From Amphiscolops sp. MND2022 (Eukaryota): 64,000 nt of DNA. The notes under the pieces were generated by a model that worked only from the letters and a program-made list of their open reading frames with translations, was not told where the DNA came from and searched no databases. The DNA lies in assembly GCA_964187785.1 (NCBI GenBank), contig OZ076409.1, forward strand, positions 36,210,001 through 36,274,000. Reading direction: 5' to 3'. Made by a program: the position numbers and the translations under genes. This document shows, piece after piece, positions 57,449-64,000 of the stretch. How positions within the stretch are numbered: the stretch's first letter is position 1; every line of letters starts with the position of its first letter.

Positions 57449-58441
57449 AAATTTTGTCAACAATTCTAATCCGATGTGTGACGTGGTACTAAGCATGTGA
57501 TTGCTCTTTTCGCTGTTTCTACGAAATTGGCAGGTACTTCGACAACAAAGAGCAAGAACGAGCAAAAACACGGGCGCGCCGCCATGACAGAAGCCAGAGA
57601 CGGCAAGAACATCCGAAAATAGACTCTTTTTGAGGTGCTAACCCCGGTTTTATCGATTTTCAGCATTATGCTACCCTATGTAGCGGAAACCGTAAAAATG
57701 AGTCTTTTCGCCTAAAGATCTTTGTTTGGTGCTTGGAGCTCCTGCGCCCCAGCTTGTAGCTGTGTGGTTTGCCATATTCGTGCCTGTTTTCATGTGTTTT
57801 CAGTGATTTTGGCTGTATTCAGTAGCGCTAGCGCTAGTTTAGATCTTATTCCCCAATTTTAGATCTTATTCACATGCCACCCTGGAAATGGAAATTTACC
57901 TTATTCTTGGCATTGTTTTTATATGCTAGTTAAGCGGTGGTCTTTAGAGAGTCAGAAAGATGCCCGTTACTATTAGCAATCAAAGACTAGGACCGGTTGG
58001 ACAGTATTCGTCGAAGCACCCGCGGCCCCGGGACGTATTTCACCCCTGGGGGCAAAATGGATCTGTGGCGATGGGCGCTTGTCCCGAGCGATTCACCCAC
58101 TCCTGCAGGTTCCTCCACCTCTGTTAACGCGTTAAGCGACCGATAACAGCTTGCCGTTACACTGGAATTGGAAATTTACACTGTTTTTCCTTGGCATTGT
58201 TTTTAAAAGCTGTCTAGACGGTAGTTGTGAAGAGAAAAAGCATAGTGCCCGTTATTCTCAGCAGTTACAGACTGGAACAGGCCGGAGAGCATCCTTTAAG
58301 ACGGTTCCCCCTCCTCGGGACCGGCTATCCCCAGGATGACAAAGTGAGCTGATATCATGGTGGTTTGTCCCGGACCATATCCATGGTACCAGTTCTTCCA
58401 CTCCAATGTTGCGATACCATCGCTTAGCGCTTGCCGTTACA
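56915..58441 (+). repeat. Older related 3' LTR hosting a nested solo LTR
   Basis: Termini tgtaacggaagc (56915) and gcttgccgttaca (58441), preceded by the purine-rich gaaaggactga. Its central part is homologous to the A LTR. Confidence 0.7.
57390..58161 (+). mobile_element. Solo LTR of the element A family
   Basis: Full 772-bp reverse-complement copy of 32044-32815 with few substitutions, flanked by ctg/ctg. Confidence 0.92.
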
Positions 58442-58559
58442 TATCACAGAAAAAAGGGAAAATGTTGCAGTGCCAATGCGTCTTTTACTCAAGTAAAGTT
58501 CTTATTCTCTCATTTTTTTCAAGAGCTCAGCCCTCTCTGTTTTCCAATCCACTTCTTAG

Positions 58560-60460
58560 GCGCACACATTTTTTTTCATCTAAGAAATTATACACTCAAG
58601 GCCAAGTGAGTACTGCTAAAGCCCAACGCAAACTCAACAATGAACCAGAGACACCCGAGCTTTTTCCGGGTTTCCAACAAGTAGCACAGTGTAGAGCATT
58701 TGGGTGCCATTTGGAACCATATAGAGTCGGCAAGAAATGGCTTTTCAAGTTCATTTGAAGTCAAGTTTTTTCCTTCACTTCGATAAAAATTTGATAAAAT
58801 CATTTGATGCATTTAGTCGATTTTTTAATGACTGTGGTATGAACACTGTTTTATGTCTATTCGTACTACGTAGAAAATCATGTAGTTTTCAACCAACATT
58901 ACCACTCTTACATAATGCAAAGAACGCAAGTCATAACCTTCCATGTTGTCTATGTGTATGCCTGTGTAGAACCTGCGTTCTTATTAAGAGATGTATTTTC
59001 TTTGGTAGTTCTACAATTCCTTTATTTTAACGCCGTATGTTTTTATACTGATTGTTTAGTCACATTTCCATCAACATTATCTAAAAAGATTATTGTGTTC
59101 ACTCAGTAAAATATTCTTTCATATAACTTGTAAGGTTCTTCTCACATGGCATATGGTTGTAATTCACCAGGTATTTAATTATAGAAATCTCTTAATATCC
59201 GTTTGATATGAAGGATTGACCTGAATGTTTCAACAAAGGTTAATTTTTTGATCACAAAGTTATAATTTGTTGGAACATGTGTTGAAAGTTAATCTCACGA
59301 AGTTCCTTCAAACCGTACGAGAAGATCTAGATTCTAAATACCTGATAAATCATAGCCATATGCGATATTGAACATGTTTGTGTGAACTAAAGTGTTGTCA
59401 AATTCAAAGCATGGTTGAATTTTTGTCCAGTTTTCGCTCTTGCTAGATTATTTTGTCCACTTTATACGACTTGCGACTTAATAATACAACAATCAGCATT
59501 TGAAACCCACGCAAAGACTATGGTATTCTAATGTTTCCACGCGAAGCAATTCACCTCAAAGGAAATTGAAAAACTGAAATTGAAAAACCGAAAAAGACTA
59601 AAAAACGCGAAGCGCTTCTTGTGACTCTACTCCGAAACAAAAAATATGGCTAAAACGTGGTTACCAATCTTTCGAATTCCATGAAAGCTGTTAGGAAGAG
59701 TTCAAATGGCAAAGTAACAACCGACGTAGTTTCGTTAAACATTAGCGTCCACAAAATTTCACGAATGCTCCTTTTCCGGTTTACCACTGTGCGAAAGGAG
59801 TTGAATATATAACTTAAACTCCGATTGCGCGTGAATTGTTGGTGCCAAGCATTTGTTCTGTTTTTTCACGAGAGGTAACCAATATTACCATTGGAAAAAT
59901 TGATTGAAAATGTATCATTAATTAAACAGTGTATCCTGTCTTGCATTTCTTCCATGGAAGATCAAACCTAAGCGCCATGATGAATAAAAGAATGAAGCTA
60001 TTGAAGTTCGTTTTTGCTTTGATAGCCAAAAACTGGCTCGGTCATTCCAGACATGGCGCTTTTTCCCAAGGACAAGCTTTGAACAGAAGATATTCATACT
60101 AATTTTTCTAACTCCAAATCAAAACTGGCTCGCTTTTGAGCCAAAATGATTTTTTAATATTTGTTTTGCATTTTTTGTTTACTTCCGAAGCTTTTTTCAT
60201 TGCATTTTAATTGCCATTGAGTGGAAACCTTGTCGGGATTGTGATATACATTGTACTGAAAATTTGGAAATTGGATTCACTTAAAATGTTGCTCTTAGGA
60301 AAACTAAATTCCTCAAAGTTTCCAGAGAAGATTTTTAAAATTTGGAGCACATGTGCAATTTCTAGTTTGTTGTGTTCAGCATGTTCCAAAAAGTCCTCGT
60401 AGCATGCGTCAGCCTCGTACCTTTGAAGTTCTAGTTTCACAGAAAGACAACCGTATGGCA
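58560..60460 (-). pseudogene. Possible decayed class A GPCR (LRR-GPCR-like) sequence
   Basis: Minus-strand fragment TSVVTLPFELFLTAFMEFERLVTTF*PYF..SRFLVFFGFSISVF (~59570-59730) resembles TM3 with an ER motif plus TM4. Another hydrophobic segment lies at ~58590-58660. The region is heavily disrupted. Confidence 0.3.
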
Positions 60461-60831
60461 ATTTTTTGAAAGGTCGAAAAAAGCGTGTCTTCAGAGCTAG
60501 TTTGGGTTTGAGTTACTCTATCTTTGTGGAACTCTTTACTTTGGCACGAAAAGTGTGCCGTTCAAAAAGAATGGATAAAAAACAATTAATTGCAAGAGCC
60601 GTGGTTTTTTTTCCGGAAACGTCCACTGTATGAAAACTTAGTAACTGTAACATGCAGGTTCTTTTGCTCCTAAAGCGCCATTTGTCTAAGAAAGGAAACG
60701 TTCACCTGTGATTTTGTCTGTTTGTGTTGTGTCTCTCTCTAGAAGGAAAAATGGACAAAAAACTCTCCAGTGCCCGTGTTGGTCACTTTTAGTGTTTTTT
60801 GACAAAAAAAGTTTTCTTTTCGTTTGATGTA

Positions 60832-61015
60832 TTTCTTGCAAGAATCTGACAGAAAAAGTATTTCTTGCAAGAATCTTGCAAGATTCTTGCAACAAATATT
60901 TTTTCTGTCAGGTTCTTGCAAGAAATGTATTTTCTGCCAGAATCTTACAAGAGTTGCATTTTTTGTCAAGATCTTGCAAGAATCTTGCAAGAATTGTATT
61001 TGTTTTCAACCAGGG
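60832..61015. mobile_element. Truncated MITE-like end with repeated tcttgcaaga palindromes
   Basis: About 8 exact or near copies of the palindromic decamer tcttgcaaga, ending in ttcaaccaggg. The partner end was not seen. Confidence 0.5.
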
Positions 61016-62150
61016 CAATGTCAATTTAAGATTTTGGATGAAAAGTTCAAAATTATACAGAAAATTTGTGTTTTTACAAACACTGTGCAAATGAATATAG
61101 TACCATTTGAAATCCTTTGCAACGTTGCTCAAAATTCCATAAAATCCTTTTTTGCTATTAAAAGGAAATTCAAATACTTTAATGCAGCTGCTAAAAACAC
61201 TGTTAACAGCAATCTTATTTTCACAAAAATGGAATTACGAAAACACTTATGATGAGAATCGAAAATTATTTCGTAAGTTGTTTGTTGCAATAGGAAACGA
61301 TACAGCTCAATTTGATAATACCTCAGAGTAAAACCGTTTTTAGTGTCACACCGGAAAACAGGAGCATCTTATTTTTATTAAACTTCAATATAAGATGTAA
61401 GAAATACGACTTCTGAAAATGGGAATATCATCTTCAGGCACAGCATAAATCCAATTTAGCTTCGAAGGTAAATTATCCTTTATGAGGTTTCCTTCTATTT
61501 TGTCCTCAAAAACTGATGTACACTACTGACTTTGTTTTAATCTTGAAATGCCTCAGATTTCACTTTCAGCGTCTAATAGCGGAAATGCTTGGAAGCTGTT
61601 CAGAAGTACTTTGTGAAATCAAATTCGCGCTTTCCACATTTCGTTGATTTCGGTCGCTCAATTTCCCTCTTATATATCTCTCACTGCAAGATGAAAATAT
61701 AAGAAGGATGAGTCAATTTGTTCGTAAATACAACTCAAATATTACATCAAGTCACTGATAATTGCCTCAATAAAGATTTTTGCCTCTAAATAATTCATCT
61801 ATATAATCATCCTGATAATTCAACGAGTATCGCCAATTGATCAGAAAAAATTAAGAATTATGAATAGGAAACACTGGACTTGAAAAATATGTGTTTGTGT
61901 AGTAGAGGTCAACGTTTGTAAACATGTGTACGAATTAATGCTAACAATAATGATATACCTGTCAAAAGACAACATTAGATAGAATCATTTGAGCAAAAGA
62001 CTGAATTAGCTACAATACGTACCGAATCAATTCAACATTCAATTCATCATTGTTTTCTACTGAGTTAATCCCAATTGCTCTATAACACAAAATGATTCTG
62101 CAACTGCGCAAAATGATTCGGCAACTGCGTCAACTTCGTTATCTCATTTC

Positions 62151-64000
62151 GTGGGATTGCCAGTTTATTGCCACGATGCGAATGCCACACCATCGATGGA
62201 ATGGGAGAAGTGGCTTGACTTGTTCCAAGTCGCCTATTATAGCGAAGTATTCAATTTCCATCAGATTTCCATCACGGAGATGACCAGAGAAGTCACAGAG
62301 CAGCAATTGAGAGTGCATTCATTGATGGGAGATTCAGATGAAGATCCTGCCAATAAAAAGGTGGTAAGCACGATGTATTTATCCCTTGGCGAAGCTGCCA
62401 GAAAACAGTTTACTGACAAATTTCCTCATGCAATATTGTGGGCATTGGAAGCGAGTGAATTAATTCAAATATGCAACTATTGTTGTCTGAAGAAAAAGAA
62501 CCGGACGCTCGACAGACACCAATTTTTCGCGAGGATGCAACAACCGGGAGAGACGCTGTACCAAATCTGGCACGAGTTGAGTGGCCTAACAGCTACATGC
62601 ATCTTCGGAGAATTTACGTTGACTTTGGTATTGAACAAGTTTATCATCCAAATGACCAAAAAAAACGTTCAAGAAAAACTTTGCAACGAACCCAAGGATC
62701 CTGAGCAGGCCTTGGAATATGCATTTGCCTTTGAAGAAGGCATGAAGCGACCAAAGTTCTATGAGATGCAAAATGCTGAATTGTCAAAGTCGACTGTAAA
62801 AAGTGAGCCCGTATTTGCAGTGGAGAAGAGTAACACGAGGGAGTGCTTCAGATGTGGGGAGTCGAATTTCACCATGGACCACATAAAGAACTGTAATGAA
62901 AGCAACTACAAACGTAAATAGTGTAATTTAGTGGGGCATATGGAGATTTGCTGCAACAAGAAATCCCCCCACAGACGTAAAGCAATGGTGCAAAGGTTAA
63001 AATATTTGACCAACAAATGCGAAGAGCAAATTCTATTGATGGAGACGACTCTGAAGAAAAAACAGATGATGTTGATGATGAAGAGCAATTAGTGTTGCGC
63101 GTCGATGGAAAGGACCAAAAGCCGTTTTACATGGAAGACCTAATTTATGGGAAGCAGTTCAAAGCCATCATTGACATCGGATTGCTTGTATCGATTTTCA
63201 CAAAAACAAACCTTCGACAAATCATCGGAGAACGGAAAGTAGTTATTAGAGAGGTGATAATAAAGGACCGTTGAAATTGTTGCGGGTATCAATTCGTTCG
63301 TCTAGAAGTTGCAGGGGTGACGGCATCAAAGGTTCGAGCTCTTGAAGCTTCAAGTTCTAGCAAGTCCAAAGTGGGACGCGATTGGCTAATTGTTCTTCGC
63401 TATCAAGTCAAGCAGCCATTAGAAAGCGGTGAGTGTGAACAAAGTGGTAAAATTGTGAATTTTGACAAAACAATAACTAATGTATATATTTAAGACAATA
63501 CAAATCCCGAGGTTCAGCAATTATTGAGAGATTTCCCAATTTTCTTCAGCAGACAAAGTCAAGCAGAAAATTACGAAATTAAAATTGTTGTGAATGAAAA
63601 TGCAAACCGTTTGCAACAAAAACGCCACAGAGTACCATTTCAATTACAAAATCAATTTGATAAAGAAATCTGAAAATTGCTAAAAGAGGACCACATTGAA
63701 CGTGTAGAGAAAATCCAAGACGACGTATTTATCTAACCAACCATAATTACAGTGAAAAAGGACAAATTGGTCAAGATAGCCATAAATGCCAGAGCAATGA
63801 ACTAGTCAATATCCAAAGGCAAATACTAATGCCGAATACAGAAATTCTAAACGATAAGATAGCTGAAAAGCTAGACAAAAGCGAAGAGGAAGCATGGTAT
63901 TCGTCGGTGGACATAACTTATGCACATCGACAAGAACCATTGCATGAATTAAACAAAACGCATTGCAACTTTCAAATAGTGGGAAAAAAATCCAACTGAA
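62151..64000 (+). mobile_element. Decayed Ty3/Gypsy gag-pol start (Mag-like), running off the window
   Basis: Gag WEKWLDLF..RHQFFARMQQPGET; knuckles CFRCG..H...C and C..VGH...C; protease remnant AIIDIG..VSIF; RT start RVPFQLQ..ITVKKDKLVKIAINAR. There are multiple stops. Confidence 0.85.

Overview
This window is AT-rich, repeat-dominated animal genomic DNA with spliceosomal introns. It contains two recognisable host genes: the 5' exons of a CCDC112-like gene (minus strand) and an intronless stand-alone WRN-type 3'-5' exonuclease with an N-terminal Ku-binding-like motif. The rest is mostly mobile DNA: a full-length, very young ~15 kb Ty3/Gypsy element (A, 32044-47058, minus strand), a decayed relative (B, ~18.5-27.9 kb), solo and nested LTRs, decayed CRE-like and CR1/L2-like LINEs, DINE-1/HINE-like repeats, MITEs, a 78-bp minisatellite and the start of a third Gypsy. 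The most unusual system is the Gypsy lineage of elements A and B. In both, Pol extends ~800 aa past the integrase core and carries a conserved YxLR plus Cys4 motif followed by two tandem TARG1/OARD1-like macrodomains. Element A also shows apparent 3-bp TSDs, no canonical tRNA primer-binding site, a duplicated PPT-like motif and repeated (G/T)AGC-N6-GCT(C/A) palindromes in its non-coding parts. Element B carries a ~3 kb accessory ORF with an apparently non-catalytic SGNH-like fold. All domain calls are by eye; no searches were run.
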